From IMG/VR virus record IMGVR_UViG_3300045988_098116, positions 19,627 through 83,626 of that record: DNA of 64,000 nt, one strand, 5' to 3'. The position numbers were made by a program, and so were the translations under genes. Positions 41,884 through 51,240 of the stretch are shown here, one piece after another. The DNA is from a virus. The notes under the pieces are model-generated. The model was not told the DNA's origin. It saw only the letters and a program-made list of their open reading frames with translations, and ran no database searches. Positions within the stretch are counted from its first letter, which is position 1. Every line of letters begins with the position of its first letter.

Positions 41884-43740
41884 TCAGCATATCCTCCCGC
41901 CGCGCCGCGCCGTCACCGTGCGGCCTCCCGCGCCGGCTGCCGCCGCTCTGTGCGGTGCCGCGGCACGGTTTTTGTATTTTGCCAGTTCCGCGTCCCAGTC
42001 GCTCTTATGCCGCACCGCCTGCGCCAGCTCCTCGCGCTCCAGTATCTGCGCCACCCGCAGCGCATATTTCAGTGCCGACCATATATCGCGCTGTATGTGC
42101 TTGGAAATGCGTTCTTCCTTCTGCGTCGTGCCGCTGGCCACCTTTTTCAGGTTCTGTATCTGCCCCACCAGTTCCCGGGTCTTTATGTAGGGGTCTGCCA
42201 GCATGGCATCCATGCTGTCGTCCTTGATCCGGTGGTACTTCTTGTAGTTCTCCACGCCCTCGTTCACGTTAGAGCACAGCAGTTCCACATTCCGGTTCTC
42301 AAATTGCAGCTCCGCGTACCGCACCATCTCCGCGTCCGGGTCCGTCACGCCCGCGCCGCCCGCCTTGATGGGGTACAGGCATGGCACGGCGTTTTCCTGT
42401 TCCAGTTCCGTGAAGCTTGCGTGGTTCCTTACGCACAGCGGCGCAAGGCCGTCACCAAGGTCCATCATCAGGTTCTCCACCACGCTGGTGCCGTACTGCC
42501 ATGCGTCTATTGCCAGGTATGTCGCGGCCCCTCCGTCGTAGCAGAAGCGGCTCCACACGTCCTTGATCCGCTGCGCCTGCATCATGCTCTTTACCGGTGG
42601 GTTCCAAACGTCCACATACACCACCTGCTTCAGGTAGCGGTCCCGCTTCAGCCAGTCCGTTTGACGTGTGCATTTCAGCACCACGCAGGCGCATTTTGCG
42701 TTCTTCTTGTCGTCGGCGTAGGATACGTCGTACCCCACGATATAGATCACGTCCTCCGGCTTCAGTTTGTTGCCTATGTCGTAGGCGCAGTGCCGGTTCT
42801 CCGCGATCATCAGTTTGCGGCACTCTGTCAGCACCTCGTCCCGCACGATAGGATTGCTGTCCGCGCCGGTGTACCGGCTTTCGAACTCGCGCATCCACTT
42901 TTCCGCCGTGCATTTTCGCTTATACTTCAGCGCCCATGTGAAAGGCCGCATCTGCTGCAGTATCACGCACTCCCATGAAATGTCATAGGCAAAGGCGCTC
43001 TCGCCCGCCAGCATGGCTTTCATGTTCTCGCACCGCGTTTCGTAGGCGTGGTTTTGCTTCCGCCCCGCGCTGGTGATGGCGTGGTCCTTATACGGGATGT
43101 AGTTGGGATCCGGCTTGCCGTTCACATTATGCGTCAGACGCACCGCCGGCAGCACCACCGTGGTATACTCATTGAAGTCAAACGCCGGGTTCTCCTCCTG
43201 TGCGTACTCCTCCGCCGTCACGTCATGCAGGTTGTCTCCTCGCATGGCAGATATGTAAAAGGCGCTCCCGCAGTCGGTCTCTATCTTAAAGTCGTCCTTG
43301 CTCTCCGCCGTCACCCGCCACTGTTTTGCCAGCGCCGGGTAGTCGTGCTCTATCTGGCGGAAGGTCTTGCTGCCTATTGTCGCCATTTGTTTGTATGCTG
43401 GGCCATAGTAGGCGCTCTGCGTCCCCGGCCACACCAACCCGTTTACCAGCGCATACTTGAACTTCGTGTTGGTCTTTGTCATGCCGCGGGTGCCCGTAAA
43501 CGATGCCGAGGCTTTCCGGGCGTATACCCGCATCATCACCCGCTGCAGCAGTTCTTCATTCCCAAAGTCCGCCTCTGTGCTTCTGAATACATCGCACGCC
43601 TTATCCGGGTACCAGCGGAATACCCACATAATAAACGCCCAGAAGGCATCCTCATAGTTCTCGTATCTGCGCTCCTGCGTGGGCTTTTTTGTCACCCAGC
43701 CCAGGCCCGCCACATATGCTTTACCCGTTCGCCTCGCCAT
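41884..43740 (-). CDS. terL: terminase large subunit
   Basis: 618 aa; Walker A-like FTGTRGMTKT; C-terminal RNaseH-like nuclease context (IYIVGYDVSYADD...LAIDAWQYG). Confidence 0.85.
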   Translation of the reverse strand: MARRTGKAYVAGLGWVTKKPTQERRYENYEDAFWAFIMWVFRWYPDKACDVFRSTEADFGNEELLQRVMMRVYARKASASFTGTRGMTKTNTKFKYALVNGLVWPGTQSAYYGPAYKQMATIGSKTFRQIEHDYPALAKQWRVTAESKDDFKIETDCGSAFYISAMRGDNLHDVTAEEYAQEENPAFDFNEYTTVVLPAVRLTHNVNGKPDPNYIPYKDHAITSAGRKQNHAYETRCENMKAMLAGESAFAYDISWECVILQQMRPFTWALKYKRKCTAEKWMREFESRYTGADSNPIVRDEVLTECRKLMIAENRHCAYDIGNKLKPEDVIYIVGYDVSYADDKKNAKCACVVLKCTRQTDWLKRDRYLKQVVYVDVWNPPVKSMMQAQRIKDVWSRFCYDGGAATYLAIDAWQYGTSVVENLMMDLGDGLAPLCVRNHASFTELEQENAVPCLYPIKAGGAGVTDPDAEMVRYAELQFENRNVELLCSNVNEGVENYKKYHRIKDDSMDAMLADPYIKTRELVGQIQNLKKVASGTTQKEERISKHIQRDIWSALKYALRVAQILEREELAQAVRHKSDWDAELAKYKNRAAAPHRAAAAGAGGRTVTARRGGRIC

Positions 43741-44740
43741 CGGTGTTCACATCCTCTGCGTCCGCTTTCGGCTTACCCGGATTTTTCTTCTTTTTCACCG
43801 GGCGCATCCGCACCAGCCCCAGCTTTTCGTAGGCTTCTTTCTCCGCCTCGTTTGGTTTCTCTGCAAACTCGCCCAGATTGTCCTCCAGCCGCATCTCGTC
43901 CGGCAGCTCTGTCAGCTCCGGCAGTCCGTCGTTCTGCCGCATCCGGTTTTCGTTTATCAGTATCATCTGGTCTGCGGCATCCCGCGTGTAGGGGTACTTG
44001 CACGGCCTTCCGAAGAATATGCGGAACGCCTCGTCCGGTTCGCAGGGTTTCCCGTTTTTCAGCAGTCCCGCCCGCTCCAGCGCCACCACCATGTTGTCCA
44101 GCCGCAGGTCCTCCACCGGCTTCGTGTCCTTCTTCCGCAGGTTTTCCGATGCCAGATTCTCCTGTATCATGCTGGATAGCTTCTTGGCCTTGTCTATGGC
44201 GCCCATCTCCGCGGCGTCGTTCATCTGCTTCGTCCACTTCGCCACGTTCCGCAAGATCAGCTGCTGCTTGGCGCTCACCGCCTGCTCCCCGCCAAAGTCG
44301 GCGCACAGCGCGTTGTAGATGCGGTCAAACTCGTTGTAGTCCTCGCTGGTGTAGGGCATTTTCCCCGTTCCCTCGCCCCAGTCGGCGGCCTGCCGCTTGG
44401 TGCCCTGCCTGCCGTCCCGTGCGCTCTTCTCCGCGCTCACCGCCTTGGTGAAGTTGCCGTTCTCCAGCCCCTCTCCGAATATCTTGGTGATGTCCGTCAG
44501 CCCATCGAGAAAGCCCAGCTCTCCGCCTCCCGGCGTCCGATCCAGCTTTTTCTTTGCCAGCTTATCGCAGTAGGCGGTCCACTTGTTTTTGCTCCCGCTC
44601 GCCGGCAGCGCGTTCATGTCGAAGGGCTTGTTGAAGCGTATGCAGGCATAAAAATAAGCCAAACTCTCCCCCACCGCATCATTAAGCTGGTCGTAATACG
44701 CCTGCTGCTTTTCCGCGTCCATAGGTAAAAGTTCGGCCAT
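43721..44740 (-). CDS. terminase small subunit candidate
   Basis: ATG 44740 after AAAGGAG; 339 aa; first gene of late operon, overlaps terL start. Confidence 0.5.
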   Translation of the reverse strand: MAELLPMDAEKQQAYYDQLNDAVGESLAYFYACIRFNKPFDMNALPASGSKNKWTAYCDKLAKKKLDRTPGGGELGFLDGLTDITKIFGEGLENGNFTKAVSAEKSARDGRQGTKRQAADWGEGTGKMPYTSEDYNEFDRIYNALCADFGGEQAVSAKQQLILRNVAKWTKQMNDAAEMGAIDKAKKLSSMIQENLASENLRKKDTKPVEDLRLDNMVVALERAGLLKNGKPCEPDEAFRIFFGRPCKYPYTRDAADQMILINENRMRQNDGLPELTELPDEMRLEDNLGEFAEKPNEAEKEAYEKLGLVRMRPVKKKKNPGKPKADAEDVNTDGEANG

Positions 44741-44756
44741 CCTGCGCTCCTTTCGG

Positions 44757-44807
44757 ATAGTAAAAATGGTACAAAAGAGAATTATCCACTCTCTCGTGTA
44801 CCATTTT
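44757..44807 (-). terminator. intrinsic-terminator-like hairpin directly upstream of the terminase genes
   Basis: 11-bp arms AAAATGGTACA/TGTACCATTTT with 23-nt loop, followed on the minus strand by TTTTTAC, 17 nt before the terS RBS. Confidence 0.55.
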
Positions 44808-44855
44808 CGCAGGTTTTCACTTGTCTGATTCCCATGTAAGGGAATGGCGCAAAAA

Positions 44856-45068
44856 TTATTTTTCATCCCGCCCCAGCAGGTAGTCCGTCGTCACGTGGAA
44901 GTAGTCCGCCATCGCCTCCAGCGATGAGGCCAGCGGCTCCGCCGTCCCCTCTTCGTAACGTTTTATGGTCTCCTTACTCAGCCCGCACAACTCTGACAGT
45001 ACGCACCGCTTCAGCTGCGCTTTCTCCCGCAGATAGCGTATGCGCCCCGGCAGCACTTTGTTAGCCAT
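44856..45068 (-). CDS. XRE-family helix-turn-helix protein
   Basis: 70 aa; IRYLREKAQLKRCVLSELCGLSKETIKRYEEG...LEAMADYFHVTTDYLLG. Confidence 0.7.
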   Translation of the reverse strand: MANKVLPGRIRYLREKAQLKRCVLSELCGLSKETIKRYEEGTAEPLASSLEAMADYFHVTTDYLLGRDEK

Positions 45069-45074
45069 TTCTGC

Positions 45075-45284
45075 TCATTCCTCCCGCCACCCCTCTCTCC
45101 ACAGGTACGCGCTGCCCGCAACCAGAAACGCCATATCCGCTGCCACCACCACCATGCACAATACGCCCACAAGCGTTTTATATACACCCGCCGCCATCAG
45201 CAGCGCAAGCACTGCCGCCATCAGCAGCGCCAGCAGTATGTACAACACCGCCCACCGGCGGTATTTCTTTTTCTCGTCTTTCAT
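45075..45284 (-). CDS. small two-TM membrane protein
   Basis: 69 aa, two hydrophobic helices. Confidence 0.5.
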   Translation of the reverse strand: MKDEKKKYRRWAVLYILLALLMAAVLALLMAAGVYKTLVGVLCMVVVAADMAFLVAGSAYLWREGWREE

Positions 45285-45288
45285 GCGC

Positions 45289-45633
45289 TCATCTTCCCGC
45301 CTTTCGTAGCACCCGCAGTGTCCCGCGCATCAGCGTCGCATCCTCCACGCCCGGTATCCCATCTACCATCTTATACAGCGCCGGTTCCTCCTCTCGTGGC
45401 ACTTCTTTCCACTCCACCAGCCCTGCCTTGTCCGCCTTGCAAGCTATGATTGCAAGGTTGTCCCATTTGAAGCGCTCATCCTCTTGCCCTCTTCCGAATT
45501 TCCAATATCGGCACGTCAGTTCCTCCATCGTGTAGCTTTCCGCCGCGGCCACGGGCCGTGGCTGTACCTCGTCCATAAGCACGCCGCCCAGTTTATGTAT
45601 CAGCTTCCGCCGTAGTCTTTCAGTCCAGTTCAA
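45289..45633 (-). CDS. hypothetical protein
   Basis: TTG 45633 six nt after GGAGG (alternative ATG at 45576). Confidence 0.45.
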   Translation of the reverse strand: MNWTERLRRKLIHKLGGVLMDEVQPRPVAAAESYTMEELTCRYWKFGRGQEDERFKWDNLAIIACKADKAGLVEWKEVPREEEPALYKMVDGIPGVEDATLMRGTLRVLRKAGR

Positions 45634-46243
45634 TGCTGCCCTCCTTCCACCCCTCCGGCACGATAAATGCCCCTGTCTCCTTGCACACCGCCGACCCATC
45701 GTCCGCTATGTTCTCCGGTTTCAGCGACATCATCTCCGCCTTTTCCTCCGGGTCGATCACACCCACGTCCGCCTCGGGCGTCAACAGCTGAACGTCCAGG
45801 TCGCGGCCCGTCACCAGCACCTGCGCCATGCCCTTCTGCGCGTACCCTATGGCCGGGGACAGGTCCACCATCCGGCTCTCCTCATAGGCTTGCAGCCTTA
45901 CATAGTTGGCCACCGCGCTGGTGTATGCGCCCACGTTCATGCTGCTGTCCGCGGCCACGTCCAGCACCTTCCGGTAGTTCCTTGAGTCACCCTCTTTTTT
46001 CAGCATATCTATGGTGTAGCGTATGCACCTCTCCACGCCGCGCCAGTCGCTCATGCCGAACTTCTCCGCCACCTTCTCGTACACGCCGCCCTTCTTCGTC
46101 CACTGTATCGGTCTTTCCACGGCGCCCTCCAGCACCAGCCGTACCGCCTCCACCGTGTAGTCGAAGCCTGCCAGATCCTCCCTCACGCCCATCGTCCGCA
46201 GCGCCTTTATGGCGTATGCCTCATATTTGCTGATGGTTTTCAT
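45620..46243 (-). CDS. Spo0A C-terminal-domain-like DNA-binding protein (no receiver domain)
   Basis: LRTMGVREDLAGFDYTVEAVRLVL...VYEKVAEKFGMSDWRGVERCIRYTIDML aligns by eye with the Spo0A effector domain (..GVPAHIKGY.YLREAI...[28 protein letters not shown]). Confidence 0.65.
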   Translation of the reverse strand: MKTISKYEAYAIKALRTMGVREDLAGFDYTVEAVRLVLEGAVERPIQWTKKGGVYEKVAEKFGMSDWRGVERCIRYTIDMLKKEGDSRNYRKVLDVAADSSMNVGAYTSAVANYVRLQAYEESRMVDLSPAIGYAQKGMAQVLVTGRDLDVQLLTPEADVGVIDPEEKAEMMSLKPENIADDGSAVCKETGAFIVPEGWKEGSIELD

Positions 46244-46246
46244 GTG

Positions 46247-46585
46247 TTATCTCTCCTTTTCCGGTCTCTCTTCGTAGTATTCTGCCAGCACCAGTTCTTC
46301 GTCCCGTATCTGGCAGTGTATGATGCCGCACTTCCGGCACTTTCGGCTCCGAAGATCGAGCCATGCGTCCTCCTGCACCGTTTCGCCCCACTCATGGCTG
46401 CAGCCGTACACTTTTTTCAGGAACTCCTCGTACTCGCTTCCCAGCGCGTCCTTGCTGCCCACAAAACGGTCATATTCCGCCAGTTCCTCCGGTGCCACGC
46501 TCTCCCGCGATGGCAGGATCTTTTTCAGCAGTTCAAACGGCGCGTACAGTTTCGTCTTTGGCGCATAGTTATTTTTGGTCTCCAC
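46247..46585 (-). CDS. hypothetical protein
   Basis: 112-aa ORF in early/middle operon. Confidence 0.5.
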   Translation of the reverse strand: METKNNYAPKTKLYAPFELLKKILPSRESVAPEELAEYDRFVGSKDALGSEYEEFLKKVYGCSHEWGETVQEDAWLDLRSRKCRKCGIIHCQIRDEELVLAEYYEERPEKER

Positions 46586-47075
46586 TCCGCCTGTTCAGCT
46601 CCTTTCCGCACATGATCTGCACGTCCCTTGTCCACGCGCACAGGTGCTTATACCGGCACTCCTCCGGGCACCGTGTCGTCCCTGCGCAGCCAATATACTG
46701 GTGCATCTTCACCCGCATGGCCGTCACCACGCCGTTCCACCTCTCCAGCTCCGTGTCTCCCCATTTTGCGGGGTCAAATGCCATCATGTGTGGTGTCTCC
46801 TCTCCGTCCATCCGCGCCCCGCAGCCGGGGCAGAACCTCTCGTGCCCATCTCTGGACACTTCGCCGCACGCCGAGCACTCGTAGTGCCCTATGCTGCACT
46901 CCTTGTCCGCCCAGTCCTTGTGACAGTGTTCGCAGAATGCCTCCCCGCATATCTGGCACTCCGGTCCGTTGTGGACCCCATAGTCCAGCCTCCACTCATC
47001 TATCTCGCCGTGACTGTCCCTATACCATAGGTGCTTTTTGGTGAATACCCATTTGGCACGCTTTATCTCATCCAT
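46569..47075 (-). CDS. Cys/His-rich (multi-Zn-finger-like) hypothetical protein
   Basis: 168 aa, GAGGAGG RBS, many CxxC pairs. Confidence 0.5.
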   Translation of the reverse strand: MDEIKRAKWVFTKKHLWYRDSHGEIDEWRLDYGVHNGPECQICGEAFCEHCHKDWADKECSIGHYECSACGEVSRDGHERFCPGCGARMDGEETPHMMAFDPAKWGDTELERWNGVVTAMRVKMHQYIGCAGTTRCPEECRYKHLCAWTRDVQIMCGKELNRRSGDQK

Positions 47076-47090
47076 CCCCCCATAACCTCC

Positions 47091-47291
47091 TCAATAATCC
47101 GTGACCACGACCGGCAGCCGCCTGAATGGGTCAAACACCACCTTGTCAACCTCGAATGGCTTTACATCGTCATACAGCAGGCCGAACCTCTTAATAGCCT
47201 GTTTCTTTGTCCAGCAGAAGCAGTATGCTACATCGTCTGTAAATTCGTGGTCCTCCATTTGTGAAGCACGGGTGAATATCCAGCAGAACAT
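47091..47291 (-). CDS. hypothetical protein
   Basis: 66-aa ORF, TAATG coupling. Confidence 0.45.
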   Translation of the reverse strand: MFCWIFTRASQMEDHEFTDDVAYCFCWTKKQAIKRFGLLYDDVKPFEVDKVVFDPFRRLPVVVTDY

Positions 47292-47560
47292 TACTCCGCA
47301 CCCTCTTTTCTCTCGCCGTAGGAGCAGAAGTCATCGTCCTTCGGCACCGCAAAAAAGCTGTCCGGGTTCAAGCACTTTTTTGTTCCGACATTGTATTTGC
47401 AGTCCTTACACCGCACTACCGGGACAACATCAGCGGCGGGAAGTTTCAACATATCCATCTGGATAATCGATAGCATCCTATTTTGAGCCACGCTGTTCTC
47501 CGGTCTACGCATCCGCAAAACAGATTTTACTGCCGCTGCTCGATCAATGTATTCAGCCAT
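47291..47560 (-). CDS. hypothetical protein, tandem paralog A
   Basis: MAEYIDRAAAV...PAADVVPVVRCKDC...; GAGGGAGG RBS. Confidence 0.5.
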   Translation of the reverse strand: MAEYIDRAAAVKSVLRMRRPENSVAQNRMLSIIQMDMLKLPAADVVPVVRCKDCKYNVGTKKCLNPDSFFAVPKDDDFCSYGERKEGAE

Positions 47561-47564
47561 TGGC

Positions 47565-47834
47565 TTATCCTCCCTCGTGGCAATATCCGTTTTCGTCCGT
47601 GTCCTTGCTCCAATAGGTGCAGTGCAGGACATTTCCGATCACCACTGATTGATAGCAGTCCTTACAGCGTACCACCTCTACCACATCGGCTGCAGGGATG
47701 GCATTTATGAGTTCCTTGATGTTCTTCATGCCAAACCCATAGTCAACTCCACCGAAGTCGTCTGTTTCGCATACATCCGCATCGGCATTGTCGAACTGTT
47801 CAAACACTGCCGATCTTTTAATATATTCCGCCAT
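47565..47834 (-). CDS. hypothetical protein, tandem paralog B
   Basis: MAEYIKRSAVF...PAADVVEVVRCKDC...; AAGGAGG RBS. Confidence 0.5.
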   Translation of the reverse strand: MAEYIKRSAVFEQFDNADADVCETDDFGGVDYGFGMKNIKELINAIPAADVVEVVRCKDCYQSVVIGNVLHCTYWSKDTDENGYCHEGG

Positions 47835-48000
47835 CACAATTCCTCCTTATCTCCTGTTCCATAATGCCCAACGGCGTGTGCTTCCGCATCCATGCGTACA
47901 CCCACGCTCGACTTTCCGCCGTGCCCATCGGCTTCTTCTTCGGCGGCAGTTCGCCGTTCTTCGCGGCGACGGCAGTGGGGTTGTGCTTGTGCTCTCCCAT
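47818..48000 (-). CDS. small basic hypothetical protein
   Basis: 60 aa, GAGGAGG RBS. Confidence 0.45.
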   Translation of the reverse strand: MGEHKHNPTAVAAKNGELPPKKKPMGTAESRAWVYAWMRKHTPLGIMEQEIRRNCDGGIY

Positions 48001-48012
48001 TACTCCACCTCC

Positions 48013-48174
48013 TCATCCGCACATCTCTGATACCACAATGGCAATTATTGCCGCTACATAAACCACGGCGAAAGCGGCAAAGACGGTGCAGCCCCGTTTC
48101 TTATGCATCGTGTATATGGCGGTAATAAGCAGCGCAATACAGTACACGCCGAGCAAGGCATAGAACCAGCCCAC
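48013..48174 (-). CDS. small two-TM membrane protein (start uncertain, up to 48210)
   Basis: Hydrophobic 53-65-aa ORF. Confidence 0.35.
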   Translation of the reverse strand: MGWFYALLGVYCIALLITAIYTMHKKRGCTVFAAFAVVYVAAIIAIVVSEMCG

Positions 48175-48713
48175 TACTCCACCACCTTCCCCCAGAACTT
48201 GTGTCGGCATTCATAGCAGTTCGTTCCACGACAAGCAGCTATGAGTTTGTTAAACTCTTCACCTCTGCATAGCTGTTTAGGGCAAATGATAACATTACCC
48301 TTTTTGTCAAGTTGTGTATCTGGCCACTGCTCCAGAAACACGCTCTGCCGTGTCTTGCGGGGATGTGCAGCAGCCCATTCTTTAACGATATTGATTTGTT
48401 GCTCAGGAGCAAAACCACTTCGCACGTTAATGCAACACCCATCGTCCAACCACGCTGGGCACAAGAGACAAGATCCACAGGCTTTGCACATTCTCTCTTT
48501 TTCTTTAAGAAATTCAATAGCGTCCATTTCCTTTTCCGCCCTCTCCTTTTTCACCACATTTTCCCAAGGTTTAACTCTCTCATCATGTGTAGCAAAAATT
48601 GGATTGTAGGTCACATATCCCGGACACGGTTTGCCTTCCAGGTCACACCCTTTACATCCGGGATAACTATCGCACGTTCTAAGACGGCTATTAAGAAACT
48701 TCACAGCATCCAT
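48174..48713 (-). CDS. Cys-rich hypothetical protein with two internal MDA(V/I)(K/E)FL modules
   Basis: ATG 48713 after GGAGGGAG, TAATG-coupled. Confidence 0.5.
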   Translation of the reverse strand: MDAVKFLNSRLRTCDSYPGCKGCDLEGKPCPGYVTYNPIFATHDERVKPWENVVKKERAEKEMDAIEFLKEKERMCKACGSCLLCPAWLDDGCCINVRSGFAPEQQINIVKEWAAAHPRKTRQSVFLEQWPDTQLDKKGNVIICPKQLCRGEEFNKLIAACRGTNCYECRHKFWGKVVE

Positions 48714-49156
48714 TACTTCTCCCTCCATCGGCACCCGTCACAGGCGCCCTCATGTGCTTGTTTGTACTTCCCGCAGTATTGGCATAGCTCGTTGATGAGG
48801 TCTTTCCTGTCTGCCGCCAACTTCTCGTTTGCGGCCCTCAAACTACTATTGGCACCATCCAATTGCGAAATGCTGTCGTAAGCAGTTTTTAACTCCTCGC
48901 GCTTGTCAACCAATGCTTTTCTCAACTCCGAAATGGTGGAAAGCGCATTGCCATGTGCCACCTTCATGTTGTTCACATTCAACGGCGCAAGCCCTGTGTC
49001 CTCGTAGGCGGCAAGGAGGCTCCACGCCGCTTCTTCCCACTTGCAATTCATGGCGCAGTTCCCGCCAACTCCGATGCATTCGGGGCCGAGAAAATGTGTG
49101 CAACATACGCCGTTTTCATGCGTGGTTTCCTTGCTGTACGTAGTCAACCGATCCAT
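48713..49156 (-). CDS. Cys-rich/coiled-coil hypothetical protein
   Basis: 147-aa ORF with RBS. Confidence 0.5.
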   Translation of the reverse strand: MDRLTTYSKETTHENGVCCTHFLGPECIGVGGNCAMNCKWEEAAWSLLAAYEDTGLAPLNVNNMKVAHGNALSTISELRKALVDKREELKTAYDSISQLDGANSSLRAANEKLAADRKDLINELCQYCGKYKQAHEGACDGCRWREK

Positions 49157-49427
49157 CGTGTTCCTCTTTCACCGCCACAGCCTTTGCCAGCTGTGCCATC
49201 CCCTGCTTCATGTCCTCTATCTGCTTATCCCGCCGCGCAATGGCGTCCTTCAAACTGTCGTTGGCTTTCATCAGCGCCTCGATGTGCCGCCGCTGGTTCT
49301 CGATCAGGTCAGCGGTGGCATCCAACACTCGTTCTTGGCAACGCTGCGTGTCATTGTGGAGTGTGCAGCCATGACACTCTCCCTCGGCACAGCACCGCAG
49401 CGCGGTCACGATCTCATCTCTTGTCAT
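49116..49427 (-). CDS. Cys-rich/coiled-coil hypothetical protein
   Basis: ATG 49427 after GGAGAGG; ...ALRCCAEGECHGCTLH... Confidence 0.5.
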   Translation of the reverse strand: MTRDEIVTALRCCAEGECHGCTLHNDTQRCQERVLDATADLIENQRRHIEALMKANDSLKDAIARRDKQIEDMKQGMAQLAKAVAVKEEHDGSVDYVQQGNHA

Positions 49428-49428
49428 G

Positions 49429-51219
49429 TCATTCCTCTCCAAACCATTTTTTTGTCACCGCGATGGGGAACGGCTCGATCTCGCTTGCCCACCGCGCCGT
49501 GCCTTTGCCGTGTATGCGCTCAAAGCACAGCGCGAACCCACCTATTCCATCAAACAAGCTATCCAGCGTCGCGTCCTCCGGCAAATACCGTGCCATGCGC
49601 CGCAGCATCCAGCCCCAGAAGGGCAGGGCGATGGAGTTGCCCAGCGCCTTGTACCGTGGGCTGTCCGCACTTCCTTTCACTTTTATTTCGCGCCCGCGTT
49701 TATCTGTTTTAACCCAATCTCCAATATCTGTCCATCCGTCCGGGAACCCCTGTAAGCGTTCGCATTCCAACGGGGTCAGACGGCGAACCACCATGTTTTG
49801 GCGGACCGTATTGTTCAGGTTCATGCTTTGGCCTCCGCTTTCCTTTGCCTGCAAGGTTCCGTTGATTTCCCCGCCCTCTGTAAAGTTTCGGCAGTCTACG
49901 GAACATACAAGATCAGTGCTGTCCTTGAAATCTCTCTGCTTGCAACTGCTTGCAACGTCCCCCTCGCGGTAATCGCCAAATCCCTGCATTTGGTACGTCA
50001 GCGGGATTTGGTTGCCGCCTGTTCCCATACGGGCTTGCAACCTCGGCACGATCTCGCCGCAGTCTCGGATGACATCGCAAGCATGGCTCATATCCAGAAT
50101 GGAGGGCTGGTACCCATGCTCCTGTGCTCTCAGCGTCCCGGAAACATCATGGCTCACGCCCATCACATTCCCGCCTTGATCGTTCAGGCACATCACCGCC
50201 GGTTTGTTTCCTCCGTACGCCGCAGTCAGCGTAGAGGCCTGTTCCTCGGCGTATCCGATGCTCCTCGCCTGTTCACTGTTGCCCAGCTTAAAACCGGCAC
50301 ACAGTACGGCTTCGCGGTTCAGACCACTGTTTTCACGGGAACTGAGCGTAGGTGAAACGCCGTTACCATCGTATACGCGCTGGCTCTGTGCGTCCCAAGG
50401 CGTCATGCACACAACCTCCGCACACACAGCAGGACGATCTATGGTATTCAACGTATAGCACACATCTTCCCGCCAGCCTTTCCCATTGCATTCTGCGGTG
50501 TCGGCTCTGTCGATACCGTTGCCTTGCAGGCAGAAAATCGTCTGGTCGTTGCCGGTGCCGAGCGTTCCGCTTTTCTCTGTCTGCACTAACGCGCCTTTTC
50601 CTCCTCCGTCACAGCCCCCCCTGATGCGGACTGCATAAGAAGCACCTGCTTCAGCAGCTTCGGCAAATCCTTCCCCCGCCTCTCTGCTCTCCGCAATATC
50701 CCCTGACACGCTTTCGCGGTCAAATTGTATTTCGGATGCGGTGTCTCCTCCAAAATCTGCGACAACCGAGATACGACGGCGGCGTTGGGGCACTCCCCAG
50801 TATTGCGCATCATGAGTTCGCCACACCACGCTCCATCGTCCTCCCATTTCATCGTGGTACCCTCCCCAGGTAGTCCAGCCCTTTTCAGGCACTTCAATAC
50901 CGGGGGCTTCCGGCTCGACGATTTTGATGATCTCTTCGAGCACGGCTGCGAAGTCTTTTCCTTTGTTGCTGCTAAAGGCTCCGACCACGTTTTCCCACAC
51001 GAGATACCGAGGTCTGACCATGTCACCTGTCCGTCCATTCCTTTTGTCCGCCTCCCTCATTTCTTTTACGATGCGTACCTGCTCCATAAACAGGCCGCTT
51101 CGCGCTCCCGCCAAACCGGCGCGTTTCCCGGCGATGGATAGATCTTGGCACGGACTGCCGCCGGTGATGCACCACACCGGCTCGATCTCCGCACCGTTTA
51201 TCTTGCAGATGTCTCCCAA
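49429..51219 (-). CDS. DNA (cytosine-5)-methyltransferase, apparently circularly permuted, with ~300-aa variable region
   Basis: Motif order along the ORF: GDI, GGSPCQDLS (IV), LVWENVVG (VI), VPQRRRR (VIII), long variable region, RRLTPLECERLQGFP (IX), ALGNSIALP (X), then LFDGIGGF (I) and ASEIEPFP (II) at the C-terminus. Only a TTG start is available. Confidence 0.85.
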   Translation of the reverse strand: MGDICKINGAEIEPVWCITGGSPCQDLSIAGKRAGLAGARSGLFMEQVRIVKEMREADKRNGRTGDMVRPRYLVWENVVGAFSSNKGKDFAAVLEEIIKIVEPEAPGIEVPEKGWTTWGGYHDEMGGRWSVVWRTHDAQYWGVPQRRRRISVVADFGGDTASEIQFDRESVSGDIAESREAGEGFAEAAEAGASYAVRIRGGCDGGGKGALVQTEKSGTLGTGNDQTIFCLQGNGIDRADTAECNGKGWREDVCYTLNTIDRPAVCAEVVCMTPWDAQSQRVYDGNGVSPTLSSRENSGLNREAVLCAGFKLGNSEQARSIGYAEEQASTLTAAYGGNKPAVMCLNDQGGNVMGVSHDVSGTLRAQEHGYQPSILDMSHACDVIRDCGEIVPRLQARMGTGGNQIPLTYQMQGFGDYREGDVASSCKQRDFKDSTDLVCSVDCRNFTEGGEINGTLQAKESGGQSMNLNNTVRQNMVVRRLTPLECERLQGFPDGWTDIGDWVKTDKRGREIKVKGSADSPRYKALGNSIALPFWGWMLRRMARYLPEDATLDSLFDGIGGFALCFERIHGKGTARWASEIEPFPIAVTKKWFGEE

Positions 51220-51240
51220 ATGCTTTATCTCAATCGCCTC

